From Cyanobacteria bacterium P01_D01_bin.156 (lineage in GTDB: Bacteria; Cyanobacteriota; Cyanobacteriia; Phormidesmidales; Phormidesmidaceae): 35,240 bases of DNA. The stretch covers positions 1 to 35,240 of the forward strand of contig JBCCQQ010000064.1 in the NCBI GenBank assembly GCA_039024555.1. Direction: 5' to 3'. Position numbers and translations under genes: made by a program. Shown here in pieces: positions 20,911-33,299 of this stretch. Below the pieces are notes generated by a model that made no database searches, was not told the DNA's origin, and saw nothing but the letters and a program-made list of their open reading frames with translations. The first letter of the stretch is position 1. Each line of letters opens with the position of its first letter.

Positions 20911-22776
20911 CTAACTGGCAAGCGCCGCATGAACAGCATGGTTATAGATAATGCGTCCAGGAGTCGTATACAGGTGCTGCGATAAAAGATTACCCTCGCT
21001 ATCCTCGCGAACCCGGCGATGTTTATAACGCTTCGTCACAATGCCATCGCCGTTATCAATCACTTCAACAGGCTCGCCATCGTCTTCAACAGGGCCATCA
21101 AATCGCAACCACACCCAAGCATGCAAATCCACAATTCCTTGCTCGTATGCAACGATTGCGTCTTCCATGCTCGCAAAATGAGCATTAGCACCTTGTTGTT
21201 GGTATGGATTCTCTGCGGTGAGGTAGTAACACCCTAAAACCATATCCTGACTAGGGGTAATGATGGGCCGCCCCGTTGCAGGGGACAAAACATTATTAGA
21301 AGCCAACATTAGCAATCGAGCTTCTGACTGAGCCTCAAGAGATAGAGGAACATGGACAGCCATTTGGTCACCATCAAAGTCTGCATTAAACGCAGGACAT
21401 ACCAATGGATGAAGCTGGAGAGCCCGTCCTTCAACCAACATGGGCTCAAACGCTTGAATCCCCAGTCGGTGCAAGGTTGGCGCACGATTCAACATAACTG
21501 GATGATTTTCAATCACCTCTTCCAAGACTCCCCATATACTGGGATCGTTACGTTGAATCAGCTTTTTAGCAGCTTTAATGTTGTTGACTAATCCTTGACG
21601 AATCAAACGATGAATTACAAAGGGTTGGAAAAGCTCAATGGCCATCTCACGAGGAAGGCCGCACTGATGAATCTTGAGCTTGGGACCCACCACAATCACT
21701 GAACGCCCTGAGTAGTCAACTCGCTTACCCAAGAGATTCTGTCGAAAGCGCCCTTGTTTACCTTCAATAATGTCCGATAGAGATTTCAGTGGACGATTGT
21801 TGGCACCCACAACAGTGCGACCACGTCGGCCATTATCAATAAGAGCATCCACAGCCTCCTGAAGCATTCGTTTTTCATTACGAACAATAATTTCAGGCGC
21901 TAAAATCTCCTGCAATCGGGCTAGGCGATTATTACGGTTGATCACACGACGGTAAAGATCGTTGAGGTCCGATGTCGCAAAACGACCACCATCGAGCTGA
22001 ACCATCGGACGCAGATCGGGAGGAATGACAGGAATTACATCCAAAACCATCCAGTCTGGCCGTGACCCAGTGGCAATAAAGTTATCAATCACCCGCAGAC
22101 GTTTGATCAGCTTGGCACGCTTTTGACCTTTTGCAGTCGCAATATTTTCCCTTAACTGCTCTGCAACTGTTTCCAGCTCTAAATCCTGCAGTAGGCGTTG
22201 TAAAGCCTCAGCGCCAATACCAACTTCAATCCCCGAAAGATCTGACTCTTCATCGTAGAGCTGATCTTCAATCTCAATCCACTGATCTTCCGTTAGAAGC
22301 TGCTTGTAGCTCAGACTGTCTGAATTACCAGGATCCAGAACCACATAGGCATTGAAATAAACAATTTGCTCAACATCCCTCAGGGGCATATCCAGCAAAA
22401 TAGCAATGTAACTTGGGATTCCCTTCAGATACCAAACATGTGCAACGGGAGCAGCCAGTTTGATATAACCCATACGATGGCGGCGCACTCGTGACTCGGT
22501 CACCTCAACACCACAACGTTCGCAAACAATCCCACGATGGCGTACACGCTTGTATTTACCACAGTGACATTCCCAATCCTTAGCAGGTCCAAAGATACGC
22601 TCACAGAACAACCCATCCATCTCAGGCTTAAGGGTTCTGTAATTAATCGTTTCCGGTTTAGTAACTTCGCCGACGACCGTACCATTTGGGAGAGTACGCT
22701 CACCCCATTGACGAATCCGTTCGGGTGAAGCTAACCCGATTTTGACGTAGTCAAAGCGTTGTTCTAGTTTCGGCAT
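20911..22776 (-). CDS. rpoC1: RNA polymerase gamma subunit
   Basis: Zn finger CHCGKYK...[16 protein letters not shown], catalytic NADFDGD. Confidence 0.99.
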   Translation of the reverse strand: MPKLEQRFDYVKIGLASPERIRQWGERTLPNGTVVGEVTKPETINYRTLKPEMDGLFCERIFGPAKDWECHCGKYKRVRHRGIVCERCGVEVTESRVRRHRMGYIKLAAPVAHVWYLKGIPSYIAILLDMPLRDVEQIVYFNAYVVLDPGNSDSLSYKQLLTEDQWIEIEDQLYDEESDLSGIEVGIGAEALQRLLQDLELETVAEQLRENIATAKGQKRAKLIKRLRVIDNFIATGSRPDWMVLDVIPVIPPDLRPMVQLDGGRFATSDLNDLYRRVINRNNRLARLQEILAPEIIVRNEKRMLQEAVDALIDNGRRGRTVVGANNRPLKSLSDIIEGKQGRFRQNLLGKRVDYSGRSVIVVGPKLKIHQCGLPREMAIELFQPFVIHRLIRQGLVNNIKAAKKLIQRNDPSIWGVLEEVIENHPVMLNRAPTLHRLGIQAFEPMLVEGRALQLHPLVCPAFNADFDGDQMAVHVPLSLEAQSEARLLMLASNNVLSPATGRPIITPSQDMVLGCYYLTAENPYQQQGANAHFASMEDAIVAYEQGIVDLHAWVWLRFDGPVEDDGEPVEVIDNGDGIVTKRYKHRRVREDSEGNLLSQHLYTTPGRIIYNHAVHAALAS

Positions 22777-22979
22777 TCTTTTGTTTCCTTGTACATTGCC
22801 TATGTATCAGGACATAGTGATGGGCTTAGAGTTCAACGTTAAATAGGTTGAAAAAGTAACTGAAGACCCACAAAACAGAAAACTCTTGCCAATGACTTGA
22901 GATAAATGATTCTCCAATCGCATTAGGAAAAGATTGACAATCGCGACTCAAATCAAAAGGCTTGAGGGTGCATTGACAA

Positions 22980-25900
22980 TTACAGCTGCGGTTCCTCTAA
23001 CCCAGGGGGAGGAGTCGGAGTCGGACTAGTGACCGCTGGAGATGCCTCAGATGGGGGCGCTTCATCACGAGAAATTGACTCATACGTAGGACGAGATGGT
23101 GAGCGCCGATTAATAGAGTCCGACATTAGATCAACTTCTACATCACGACTAGTACCATCTTCCTGAGTCTCTAACTTATGTACGGCAATATCCAAGCATA
23201 AGGACTGAAGTTCGCGCATCAACACCTTGAAGGATTCAGGCGTACCAGGTCGAGGAATAGCTTTACCTTTGACAATTGCATTAAGCGCTTCATTCCGGCC
23301 CTGCATATCATCAGACTTAACCGTTAGCAGCTCTTGCAACGTATAAGCAGCTCCAAAAGCTTCTAACGCCCACACTTCCATTTCTCCAAAACGCTGACCA
23401 CCTTGCTGGGCTTTACCACCCAGAGGTTGTTGTGTTACCAGAGAGTACGGCCCTGTAGAACGAGCATGAATCTTGTCATCCACTAGGTGAACTAACTTCA
23501 ACATGTATGGTTTACCAACGGTTACAGCACGATCAAACGGTTCACCTGTTCGGCCATCGTAAAGCTGAATTTTACCGGGGTCTTCAGGATTAAACACCCA
23601 ATCATTACCAGTGGCCTCACGAGCATCGCGCATCTTGCCATGGGTAGTTTCCATGGACGCTTCAGCACCATACATTTCATCAAATGGCGTGATCTTAAAG
23701 CGGGCATTGAGATTTTCGCCAGCCCAACCCAGCAAACACTCGAATACCTGGCCCACATTCATACGAGAGGGAACACCTAAGGGATTGAGCACAATATCAA
23801 TCGGCGTACCATCAGGTAGATAAGGCATGTCTTCAATAGGCAGAATCCTCGAAATAATGCCCTTGTTGCCATGACGACCGGCCATCTTGTCACCGACCTG
23901 GATCTTACGTTTTTGCGCAACATAAACACGCACAACCATGTTCGCTCCAGGTGGCAGCTCATCACCTTGCTCACGGGTAAAGACTCGAACGTCTACCACA
24001 CGGCCTTTCTCGCCGTTTGGTACCCGCAGAGAGTTATCCCTTACATCACGAGCTTTTTCACCAAAAATTGCTCGCAGCAGCTTTTCTTCAGGGGGTTGAT
24101 CAGATTCACCTTTGGGCGTTACCTTACCAACCAAGATATCTCCTGAAGTCACCCATGCTCCGATACGAATGATGCCAGTCTCATCGAGCTGACGAAGAGC
24201 ATCTTCACCAACATTGGGAATTTCGCGGGTAATTTCTTCAGGCCCCAACTTAGTCTGACGAGCTTCAATCTCAAACTTTTCGATGTGGATCGACGTGTAG
24301 AGATCGTCATATACCAAGCGCTCACTCAGCAAAATGGCGTCTTCATAGTTGTAACCTTCCCAAGGCATGTAGGCTACTAAAACATTTTGCCCTAGAGCAA
24401 TCTCACCACCCTCTGTGGCAGAACCATCCGCTAGAACTTGCCCAGCAACAACCTTATCACCAGCAAAAATCAGAGGCCTCTGATTCAGGCAAGTATCTTG
24501 GTTAGAACGCTGATACTTTTGCAACTCTTGGGCGTATTCACGACCACCGGCATCGGTCACGACCACCTTAGTGGCATCTAGAAACGTGACTTCACCATCC
24601 ACAGGACTAACCACGACCATCCCGGAATCTCGAGCTGCCTGAGCTTCCAATCCAGTTCCGACTAACGGACGCTCAGGACGTAAGAGGGGAACAGCCTGAC
24701 GCTGCATGTTAGAACCCATCAGAGCACGGTTAGCATCATCATGCTCCAAGAAAGGAATCAGGGATGTTGCAACCGAAATAATCTGTACGGGAGATACCGC
24801 AACATAGTCCACCTCGGAAGGAGATGTAGAAATAAAGTCTTGACGGTATCTAACTGGCACCGACTCCCCAACAATATTGCCATCGTGATCGACGGGAACA
24901 TCACCAGGGGCTACACGAAAGTCATCTTCTTCATCCGCAGTCATATAAACCGACGGCAGGTCCTTACGAATACGACCATTCTCCGCCTGGAAAAAGGGTG
25001 TCTCAATAAAGCCAAAGTCATTGACCCGAGCATGGGTAGCCAGCGAACCAATCAATCCAGCATTAGGCCCTTCAGGCGTTTCAATGGGACAAATACGACC
25101 ATGATGAGACGGATGGATATCACGCACGGCAAAACCAGCCCGTTCACGGGTCAGACCACCAGGCCCCAAAGCGCTGATACGACGCTTGTGAGTCAGCTCC
25201 GCCAGAGGATTGGTTTGATCCATAAACTGAGACAGCTGGCTGGAACCAAAAAATTCCTTGATAGCGGCCACTAAAGGCTTAGGGTTTACTAACGATGCCG
25301 GAGTGAGGGAATCCGCATCTGATACGGTCATACGCTCACGAATAATCCGCTCAAGACGATTCAGGCCAACTCTTACCTGATTTTGAAGAAGCTCGCCCAC
25401 GGAACGCACACGGCGGTTACCCAAATGATCAATATCGTCAATAATGCCGATATCGAACTCTAAATTAATCAGATAGTCGATGGCGGCTAATACATCTTGA
25501 GGCGTTAGTACCCGTACGGCATCAGGCACGTTCAGACGCAACTTTCGATTCAGCTTATGACGCCCTACTTTACCTAAGTCGTAACGCTTGGGATCAAAGA
25601 AGCGAGAATGCAGAAGCTGCTGACCACCAGAAACAGTGGGAGGCTCACCAGGTCGTAACTTGCGGTACAGCTCTAACAGAGCTTCTTCTTCACTAAACTG
25701 CCCCTCTTTCTCGATTGTTTTTTGAAAATATTCAGGATGACGTAAAGAATCAAAGATCTCGCCATCACTTAGACCTAGAGCTTTGAATAGGACCTGAGCT
25801 GATAATTTCCGAGTCTTATCAATCCGTACCCAGACCAAATCATTTTTATCAGTTTCAAACTTAAGCCAAGCACCTCTGTTGGGAATCAAGTTTGCATTGT

Positions 25901-26339
25901 AGGTACGACGACCGTGCTTATCGGTCTCGGCTTTGTAGTAAACACCAGGGCTACGGACAATTTGATTGACGATTACTCGTTCTGCACCGTTGATAATAAA
26001 GGTGCCCCGGTCGGTCATCAGTGGCAAATCGCCAATAAAGACCTCCTGCTCTTTAATTTCACCAGTTTCCTTGTTGATTAAGCGCGTAGGGACATACATT
26101 TGTACCGAGTAAGTACTGTCACGACGCTTGGCTTCATCAACCATATACTTGGGGCTTTTGAGCTTATAATCCTTACCAAGAAAGTGAAGCTCTAACTTCC
26201 CTGTATAGTCGGTAATGGGAGAGAAGCTCTCCAATTCTTCAATCAAGCCCTCTTGAAGAAACCAGCGGAAGCTAGAGCGCTGAATTTCAACTAAATCGGG
26301 CAATACAAAGGAGGATTGGGAAATGGTTAAATCAGTCAT
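22980..26339 (-). CDS. rpoB: RNA polymerase beta subunit
   Basis: [51 protein letters not shown] 26339 follows SD GAGGAG, so preferred over TTG 26351. Confidence 0.99.
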   Translation of the reverse strand: MTDLTISQSSFVLPDLVEIQRSSFRWFLQEGLIEELESFSPITDYTGKLELHFLGKDYKLKSPKYMVDEAKRRDSTYSVQMYVPTRLINKETGEIKEQEVFIGDLPLMTDRGTFIINGAERVIVNQIVRSPGVYYKAETDKHGRRTYNANLIPNRGAWLKFETDKNDLVWVRIDKTRKLSAQVLFKALGLSDGEIFDSLRHPEYFQKTIEKEGQFSEEEALLELYRKLRPGEPPTVSGGQQLLHSRFFDPKRYDLGKVGRHKLNRKLRLNVPDAVRVLTPQDVLAAIDYLINLEFDIGIIDDIDHLGNRRVRSVGELLQNQVRVGLNRLERIIRERMTVSDADSLTPASLVNPKPLVAAIKEFFGSSQLSQFMDQTNPLAELTHKRRISALGPGGLTRERAGFAVRDIHPSHHGRICPIETPEGPNAGLIGSLATHARVNDFGFIETPFFQAENGRIRKDLPSVYMTADEEDDFRVAPGDVPVDHDGNIVGESVPVRYRQDFISTSPSEVDYVAVSPVQIISVATSLIPFLEHDDANRALMGSNMQRQAVPLLRPERPLVGTGLEAQAARDSGMVVVSPVDGEVTFLDATKVVVTDAGGREYAQELQKYQRSNQDTCLNQRPLIFAGDKVVAGQVLADGSATEGGEIALGQNVLVAYMPWEGYNYEDAILLSERLVYDDLYTSIHIEKFEIEARQTKLGPEEITREIPNVGEDALRQLDETGIIRIGAWVTSGDILVGKVTPKGESDQPPEEKLLRAIFGEKARDVRDNSLRVPNGEKGRVVDVRVFTREQGDELPPGANMVVRVYVAQKRKIQVGDKMAGRHGNKGIISRILPIEDMPYLPDGTPIDIVLNPLGVPSRMNVGQVFECLLGWAGENLNARFKITPFDEMYGAEASMETTHGKMRDAREATGNDWVFNPEDPGKIQLYDGRTGEPFDRAVTVGKPYMLKLVHLVDDKIHARSTGPYSLVTQQPLGGKAQQGGQRFGEMEVWALEAFGAAYTLQELLTVKSDDMQGRNEALNAIVKGKAIPRPGTPESFKVLMRELQSLCLDIAVHKLETQEDGTSRDVEVDLMSDSINRRSPSRPTYESISRDEAPPSEASPAVTSPTPTPPPGLEEPQL

Positions 26340-26796
26340 TCGTCTCCTCAAGCAGGTCAGGCCTAAACGAGTGGGTGTAAAGCGTGGAAATTAAAACGAT
26401 TTAATTAACAGGTGCTGTCGAAACCACAAACACAATAAGGACTACACTTCCCCAGTGGGTAATGCAGCCGAGACAATATTTCGCAGGTATTTGGCTAGCA
26501 TCCGATAGCTGGAATGGGTGTGGTGAGCAAATTTCTAAGAACAACCATTAGGCACCAACGCCATGAATTCATGTGAGTGCAAGATCGGATTTTCAACTGG
26601 CTAACGTATAGGCTAACGCATAGCCGCGCTAATATATCACAAATTAGCGGCGGAATTTAACATTTTTGTCACTTTATATTTTTATTGGGTGGTGCGACTT
26701 TAGCATTCAAAGGTTTAGATGATCCTCAGGGGAAAATTAATCAAAAATTCAACCTAGGAAGTCGCACTAAAAAATTATCAGAGTTTATTAAAGAGG

Positions 26797-27591
26797 TCAC
26801 ACAAACGAAGCGTCAGGCAATTGAAACAGTGACCGAGCATTCGCTGTGGTTTGTTTAGCTAAAACGTCCAGGGAAACGCCTCGAAGTTCAGCCACAAATT
26901 CCGCAACATGACGTACATTAGCTGGCTGATTACGCTTTTCTTTACGCTTGGGAACAGGCGAAAGAAAAGGACAATCAGTTTCTACAAGAATGCGATCGCA
27001 GCCAACCATTTGAGCAGATGCCTGAACTTGGATAGCACTCTTAAACGTAACAATGCCGCTAAAGCTGATGTAAAAGCCCAAATCCAAAAACCATTGAGTT
27101 TCCTCAGGAGTTCCTGTCCAACAATGCATTACCCCCTTTACGGGACCATACTGCTGCCAAAAGGCCTGCAATATTTCTCGCATCTCTGCCGCTGCATCAC
27201 GACAGTGAATAATCACCGGCAGGTTAAGACTGTGGGCAATGGCTAATTGAGCCTTCAACGATTCGATCTGACAATCATGATCGTCTGCCTTAAAGAAATC
27301 TAAGCCAGTTTCGCCAATGGCGACCACACGGCGATCAGAAAGCGCTAGCCGCCGAATTTCATCGGCCAAGGTAGGCGTCCACTTATCCACATCTAGAGGA
27401 TGTAGACCGACTGCGAAAGAAACTTCCGAAAATCGATCTGCAATAGCCTTAATCCCCTCAAACTCTGATGGTTCTACGCAAGAATGGACCAGATGGACAA
27501 CATTAGCTTGGCGCCAAGCGACAGCTACTTCATCCAAATCGGCCTGAAAACTATCAAAGTTAATATGGACGTGGGTATCAACCAGCTGCAT
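26797..27591 (-). CDS. tatD: TatD family hydrolase/DNase
   Basis: [34 protein letters not shown]. Confidence 0.96.
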   Translation of the reverse strand: MQLVDTHVHINFDSFQADLDEVAVAWRQANVVHLVHSCVEPSEFEGIKAIADRFSEVSFAVGLHPLDVDKWTPTLADEIRRLALSDRRVVAIGETGLDFFKADDHDCQIESLKAQLAIAHSLNLPVIIHCRDAAAEMREILQAFWQQYGPVKGVMHCWTGTPEETQWFLDLGFYISFSGIVTFKSAIQVQASAQMVGCDRILVETDCPFLSPVPKRKEKRNQPANVRHVAEFVAELRGVSLDVLAKQTTANARSLFQLPDASFV

Positions 27592-27596
27592 ATGAC

Positions 27597-27893
<297 letters not shown>

Positions 27894-27927
27894 CTATTAG
27901 CCAATGTAATTTTTGTCAGGGTCTCGA

Positions 27928-27936
27928 ATTATAGCA
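27928..27936 (-). promoter_or_regulatory. Extended -10 promoter element of rpsT-tatD
   Basis: Minus strand TGcTATAAT (perfect TGn + TATAAT) ending 38 nt upstream of the rpsT start. Confidence 0.75.
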
Positions 27937-28054
27937 CCAAACAGTGTGGTCTTAACACATGTCGACAGGGTATGAGCGGTCAATCCAGCTACCCCCATCT
28001 AATCCGCGCTAAGCTATAACAGTCATACTCATCCCATCCTCGCTAACCGCCTCA

Positions 28055-29353
28055 ATGTTGCGAACTTTATACAAGCTCAGCGAAGCGCAGTCTGAACTCC
28101 AGCGCATCTGCGATCGCATTCACACCAATCAGGTGATTGAGCAAGAAGCCACGGTTCAAGAAATTCTGAACGCCGTTCGGCAGTCAGGGGATGAGGCCCT
28201 CTTGCACTACACTGCCAAGTTTGATCATCAGAATTTAGCTGCCAGTGAATTGCGCATTAGTGGTGCAGAGATTGACACCGCCTACCAGCAAGTCCCGGGT
28301 GAACTACTTAACGCCATCCGTTTAGCTTGCAAAAACATTAAAACATTCCATCAACAACGCCTTCCAAAAAACTGGGTCACTTTTGAAGAAAATGGTGTTG
28401 TTCTAGGCAAACGCTACACCCCCATTGCCCGTGCTGGTATCTACGTCCCTGGGGGACGGGCATCCTACCCCAGCACAGTTATCATGAACGCGATCCCTGC
28501 CCAAGTGGCCGGTGTAGAGAGACTAGTCATGGTTACGCCAACTCCAAAAGGTCACATCAATCCAGCGGTCTTGGTAGCTGCTCAGGAAGCAGGTGTTCAG
28601 GAAATTTATCGAGTGGGTGGCGCCCAAGCAATTGGCGCTCTGGCCTATGGAACAGAGACCGTACCTAAGGTTGACATCATCAGTGGTCCTGGCAACATCT
28701 ACGTCACCTTAGCGAAAAAGCAGGTCTACGGCACGGTCGGCATTGATTCATTGGCAGGTCCCTCGGAGGTACTGATCATTGCCGATCACACCGCTAATCC
28801 CATGCATGTGGCTGCCGACCTGTTAGCTCAGGCTGAGCATGACCCCATGGCCGCCGCTGTTCTAATTACGACTGATGGCCTTTTAGCTGAAAAAGTCGTT
28901 GCTGAAGTGGAGCGTCAACTCGTGGGGCACCCTCGCCAAACTCTGACCGAGAAAGCCATTGCCCATTATGGGATTGCCATTGTTGTTGAGTCTCTGGAAG
29001 TAGCAGCTGACCTCTCGAATCAGTTTGCTCCAGAACATTTAGAGCTAGAAGTAGAAGAACCCTGGTCCCTTCTGGAAAGTATTACCCAAGCTGGCGCAAT
29101 TTTCCTTGGCCACGACACTCCAGAAGCAGTCGGTGATTATTTGGCTGGTCCCAATCATACATTGCCCACATCGGGTGCTGCGCGGTACGCTTCGCCGCTA
29201 AGTACTGAAACATTTATGAAACACTCCAGCTTAGTTCAATACTCTAAATCAGCTCTACATAACGTTGCTGAAGCGATTGATTCCCTAACCAGTGCAGAAG
29301 GATTGCCGTCCCATGGTGATTCAGTACGGCTGCGAGTGAACGATCGGGGCTAA
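28055..29353 (+). CDS. hisD: Histidinol dehydrogenase
   Basis: GIYVPGG, GGAQAI, GPGNIYV, AGPSEV, QAEHD, APEHLEL, GDYLAGPNHTLPT. Confidence 0.98.
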   Translation: MLRTLYKLSEAQSELQRICDRIHTNQVIEQEATVQEILNAVRQSGDEALLHYTAKFDHQNLAASELRISGAEIDTAYQQVPGELLNAIRLACKNIKTFHQQRLPKNWVTFEENGVVLGKRYTPIARAGIYVPGGRASYPSTVIMNAIPAQVAGVERLVMVTPTPKGHINPAVLVAAQEAGVQEIYRVGGAQAIGALAYGTETVPKVDIISGPGNIYVTLAKKQVYGTVGIDSLAGPSEVLIIADHTANPMHVAADLLAQAEHDPMAAAVLITTDGLLAEKVVAEVERQLVGHPRQTLTEKAIAHYGIAIVVESLEVAADLSNQFAPEHLELEVEEPWSLLESITQAGAIFLGHDTPEAVGDYLAGPNHTLPTSGAARYASPLSTETFMKHSSLVQYSKSALHNVAEAIDSLTSAEGLPSHGDSVRLRVNDRG

Positions 29354-29365
29354 TCAAGCATAAAC

Positions 29366-29761
29366 TCACGCATTCTCAGTATTTTGAAAACCCAAATATA
29401 GTCTGAGACGCAATAAACTTGTGGTCTGGGCGATATTGAGCGGCAGTATTGACACGCCTTCCAAACGCGACTGGACCCATCCATCTCCCCAATGCCATTC
29501 ATGAAAGCCATCCACACCATGATGCAGGAGGAAGCAAATTGAATTCTCCGATAAGGTTTCTATCGTATGGTCGATGCGAATCGGCCCAACGTAACTCGAA
29601 AAGGACTGCCCTGCTGTCAGAGGCGCTTTAAACTCGTCTGAAAACTGCTGAGGCCATAGCCACTGACGTAGTTGACCCGGCTCGGTCAAACTTTGGCAAA
29701 GCTGAGACATGGTCGCATCAATTTCAATTCGCAGGTTGCTTTGCTGATAAATCCCGAACAT
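29366..29761 (-). CDS. Conserved hypothetical protein, possibly SRPBCC/START-like
   Basis: 131-aa ORF; LRIEIDA...LRQWLWP...GVDGFHEWHWGDGWVQSRLEG pattern resembles a cyanobacterial family. The fold is my inference. Confidence 0.7.
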   Translation of the reverse strand: MFGIYQQSNLRIEIDATMSQLCQSLTEPGQLRQWLWPQQFSDEFKAPLTAGQSFSSYVGPIRIDHTIETLSENSICFLLHHGVDGFHEWHWGDGWVQSRLEGVSILPLNIAQTTSLLRLRLYLGFQNTENA

Positions 29762-29964
29762 AGCGGTGTTTCAAAACTAAAAAACTGAATAACCAACCGA
29801 CTGACGCGACGGCTCTATCTCTACCATAGTAAGCGTCCTAGGCGTGGCCGTGCCAAGGCAAAACTTTCCTGAGACAATAGAGGACACGCCAAACTCAAAT
29901 CAGGACAACTCATTGCTGTAACGTTAGAGTTAAATCATTAAACGAAAAATATTCATCCAATACT

Positions 29965-30873
29965 ATGGCGGATCAGCTCATTCGAGCAGTAGCAGCAGAT
30001 GGCGGCATTAGAATTGTAGGGGCCATCACCACACGGTTAGTCGAAGAAGCCAGAACTCGCCATAAGCTGTCCTATGTGGCCACAGCAGCCCTAGGCAGGA
30101 CTTTAACAGCTGGCAGCCTACTAGTTTCTAATATGAAGCGAGCAGGCTCACGGATTAACATTCAAATTCAAGGGGATGGTCCCCTGGGTGGCATTTTAGT
30201 AGACGCCAGATTGGATGGCACCGTGCGCGGCTATGTGTCAGACTCATCAGTGGAGCTGCCGTTGAACAGTCAGGGCAAGCTAGATGTCGGTGGAGCCGTA
30301 GGCCGTGATGGTTATGTTTATGTAGTACGGGACTCGGGGTTGGGTTATCCCTATTCCAGTACGGTTGAACTTGTCACAGGTGAAATCGGTGATGATTTAA
30401 CCCAATATTTGGCTACCTCTGAGCAGACACCCTCAGCGTTAGTGTTGGGGGTTTTTGTAGATCAAAACGGAGTAGAAGCTGCAGGTGGATTGTTGCTGCA
30501 GGTGCTACCTAAGGCGGCTCGCGATGAGCAATTGATTGCTGCTTTAGAATCACGGTTATCTGCCCTGACAGGCTTTACACCAATGCTACGGGCCAAGAAA
30601 ACGTTGCCCCAGATTTTTGAGGATTTGGTGGGGGATATGGGGCTACAGATTTTCCCTGAGAGCCAGCTTCTAAGGTTTCATTGCCCATGCGATGGAGATC
30701 GCATGTTGTCGGCATTAAAACTGCTAGGAGAAGAGGAGCTCCAGGATATGATCGATAAACACGAGCCTGCAGAAGCTATTTGTCATTTTTGTGGAGAACG
30801 CTACGAAGCAGAGTGCGATCGCTTAACGGATCTGCTGACTGAACTCAGAGCAGAAAATGCAAATCGTGCTTAA
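29965..30873 (+). CDS. hslO: Hsp33 redox-regulated chaperone
   Basis: ATAALGR, GDGPLG, YLATSEQTPS, AAGGLLLQVLP, Zn switch CPC...CHFC. Confidence 0.97.
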   Translation: MADQLIRAVAADGGIRIVGAITTRLVEEARTRHKLSYVATAALGRTLTAGSLLVSNMKRAGSRINIQIQGDGPLGGILVDARLDGTVRGYVSDSSVELPLNSQGKLDVGGAVGRDGYVYVVRDSGLGYPYSSTVELVTGEIGDDLTQYLATSEQTPSALVLGVFVDQNGVEAAGGLLLQVLPKAARDEQLIAALESRLSALTGFTPMLRAKKTLPQIFEDLVGDMGLQIFPESQLLRFHCPCDGDRMLSALKLLGEEELQDMIDKHEPAEAICHFCGERYEAECDRLTDLLTELRAENANRA

Positions 30874-30886
30874 AGCGAACTCCAGA

Positions 30887-32224
30887 TTAAACTGACATCA
30901 TCCGCTGGCAGGCATCAGCAATCGCACTGTCTCCACCCACATTGCCTGGAAATAACACCACCGGCAAGTTGGGGAATTGGAAATGCTCAGTCCCTGTCGT
31001 AATCACCGAAACGCCAGGAATCACCTGGCCTAGCAAACGAGCTGAAGTCAGGGCAAGCCCTTTGCTGAGGGTATCGTTGGAGGTGATACCGCCTTTACTG
31101 ATCAGAAATCCCAAATCGCTGGGCAGCCCCTTCACAATATCCATTAGCAGCCCCGAAACCGCTTCCCCAAAAGCCAGACGGGTATCTATATCCTCAAAGG
31201 TCAACTCCTGACGGCTAGTATAGACAACAGCCGTTTTACCTTGTTGGTATACCGTTTTCAACTGAGTCAGAAGCTCAGCAACCATAGCACTGGCTTGGTT
31301 ACGATCCTGATTCAGACGAACAACATCGACTTCTAAACCCATCACCCCTGACTGTTGCAACAGATAGTTCAGCTGACGAGTCGTTTTTTGTACATGAGAA
31401 CCCACCAATACTACCCCTGGCTTATTGTTACGGGTATAGCGAGACATATTGTCAGCGACAATGGGCTGAGGGGGGAGAGCTGCTAGCGAAGTTAACAAGC
31501 TAGCCGCACTACGAAAGAGAAATTTTTTGCCCTGGGATGCAGTAGCTAGAAGATTTTGGGAGAAGTAGTCCAGATCACTTTGTTGTTGAGCATCAACAGC
31601 AACACAAACATTGTTACTGAGGGCCATTAACTGTTCTGTTGCATCCTGACGGATAACATCCAACGTAAACCGTTTTACTTGGTCCGCATCAATCTGACCA
31701 GACGTTTTTTCAGCGACATAGTCAGGCAAATAACTGTAGCCGTAACCAAATACAGAGTCTTTCGCAAATTCAGTCTCATGCACCGGGGTACGCACTCCAT
31801 CTGCCTCAATGTAGTGGGTGCTATCCACCGTAATCCGACCTGCTTCAAAAAAGGCAGGCACCATAAAATGAGCGTCAAAGGGACCCAGCTCAGATGCAAT
31901 GACATCAGTTTCTAGGGGGTAGTGACCTCGCAGCGTGGAGTCTGAACGACTGACTACTAAATAATCTTGGATATTTGTTTCTGTGAGGGCCTGTTTGAGA
32001 TTGTTGCACACCTCCAGGTTGGTTCGCTTTGCTTCTGCAGGCGTTAAGGAGCGAGTATTTGCCAGGATAAAGAAAATAGGCGAATCGTCTAACAACCCCT
32101 GCTTGAGGGTGGCCACATCCCACTTCAGAAGCAGTAAGCAGCTATGAACTGTTTGGGAACCGGTAGGATCATCGTCAATAACAATTATCTTAGGACGTTC
32201 GGTGGGATGGCGAGAGTCAGACAT
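30887..32224 (-). CDS. Four-carbon acid sugar kinase family protein (DUF1537)
   Basis: DDDPTG, RSDSTLRGH, PAFFEAGRIT, VGSHV..TTRQL, SKGGITS, PGNVG. ATG 32224 preferred over TTG 32254. Confidence 0.9.
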   Translation of the reverse strand: MSDSRHPTERPKIIVIDDDPTGSQTVHSCLLLLKWDVATLKQGLLDDSPIFFILANTRSLTPAEAKRTNLEVCNNLKQALTETNIQDYLVVSRSDSTLRGHYPLETDVIASELGPFDAHFMVPAFFEAGRITVDSTHYIEADGVRTPVHETEFAKDSVFGYGYSYLPDYVAEKTSGQIDADQVKRFTLDVIRQDATEQLMALSNNVCVAVDAQQQSDLDYFSQNLLATASQGKKFLFRSAASLLTSLAALPPQPIVADNMSRYTRNNKPGVVLVGSHVQKTTRQLNYLLQQSGVMGLEVDVVRLNQDRNQASAMVAELLTQLKTVYQQGKTAVVYTSRQELTFEDIDTRLAFGEAVSGLLMDIVKGLPSDLGFLISKGGITSNDTLSKGLALTSARLLGQVIPGVSVITTGTEHFQFPNLPVVLFPGNVGGDSAIADACQRMMSV

Positions 32225-32271
32225 GGGTAATTGAAAATGAATGGTAGTGAGCAATAAAACAGTTTTGGGCG

Positions 32272-33012
32272 CTAACCATCAGATGGAGGCTGAGCGGATT
32301 TAAGGTTATCTAACAGTTCTCCAAAACTCTCAGGAGGAACACCCGGAGGAATTAATAGACCACCCATCAGAAAACTAGGGGTACCCTGTAGCTTTAACTG
32401 TTCGGCTAATGCCAGGTCAGCATCTACAGCTGCTTGGGCTGCTTTGCTCGTGCGATCGCGCTCAAACTGTGCCACATCTAAACCAATTTGTTCTGCCAGT
32501 TCCTTATACAGGTCATCCCCCAAGCGGTTTTGATTCGCAAACAAACCATTGTGATAGATCCAAAACTGATCTTGTTGTGCCGCCGCCCAGGAGGCCTTAG
32601 CCGACGGTTCTGCCTCCGGATGAATACTCTTGAGGGGAAGATGTTTGTACACGTAGAGCACCTCATCGCTGCGCTCATCGACAAACGATTTCATATGTCC
32701 CGCTGCCACCGCACAAAACGGACATTCAAAGTCAGAGAACTTCACCACCACCACTTCCGCATTGGCAGCTCCTTTGGTTGGAGACGCTCCAATGAATGTG
32801 GCTCGATCCATGGAAGCAAGGACTTGATTCACCTCTTGCTGTCGGGCTCGCCAATCCGCTTCTGCTGCTTCAATATCAGCTTGACTAGCAGGTGATTCAG
32901 TTGGCTCAGCCGCAGGAGCAGGTTGCACTGAATCAGTCTTAGAGGTACAACCAACCAACATAAATAAGGCAATGGCCGTAACCGTACGCATGAAGACGGG
33001 TTTGAATGCCAT
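32272..33012 (-). CDS. DsbA/thioredoxin-fold lipoprotein
   Basis: Lipobox LVGC, FSDFECPFC, YKHLPL..IHP, cis-Pro GTPSF. Start is ATG 33012 or 32991. Confidence 0.9.
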   Translation of the reverse strand: MAFKPVFMRTVTAIALFMLVGCTSKTDSVQPAPAAEPTESPASQADIEAAEADWRARQQEVNQVLASMDRATFIGASPTKGAANAEVVVVKFSDFECPFCAVAAGHMKSFVDERSDEVLYVYKHLPLKSIHPEAEPSAKASWAAAQQDQFWIYHNGLFANQNRLGDDLYKELAEQIGLDVAQFERDRTSKAAQAAVDADLALAEQLKLQGTPSFLMGGLLIPPGVPPESFGELLDNLKSAQPPSDG

Positions 33013-33299
33013 GGCAAAAGACTGACGGTAGCGACTTATTAACGCTAACACTTTGTCTAACCTTGCCGATGTAAACGATAAAACCGACTGCCGACTGATC
33101 TATCAGGAGGACTGCTAAACAATACAGAGTCCTTGGCTGAGTTAGGCAAGGGTCAAGGCGCAAGGTTAAAGGAGCAGGGAGAAGGTCTGGGTAGATGATT
33201 GATCGGCTATTCCCTCACCCTAATTTTTAGCTGTGCCACTGCACTACTATTTATTTAGAAAATGGTAAGACGGTCGCCTTGATAAGGAGTACAGCAGAG

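Noticed and set aside
24741..25274. 177-aa plus-strand ORF and other antisense ORFs inside rpo, recG, kaiC, pilT and pdxA
   Set aside because: They lie wholly opposite or within conserved genes and have no recognisable motifs.
33052..33299. Small gene such as petM upstream of pdxA
   Set aside because: Manual reading found no matching hydrophobic small ORF.
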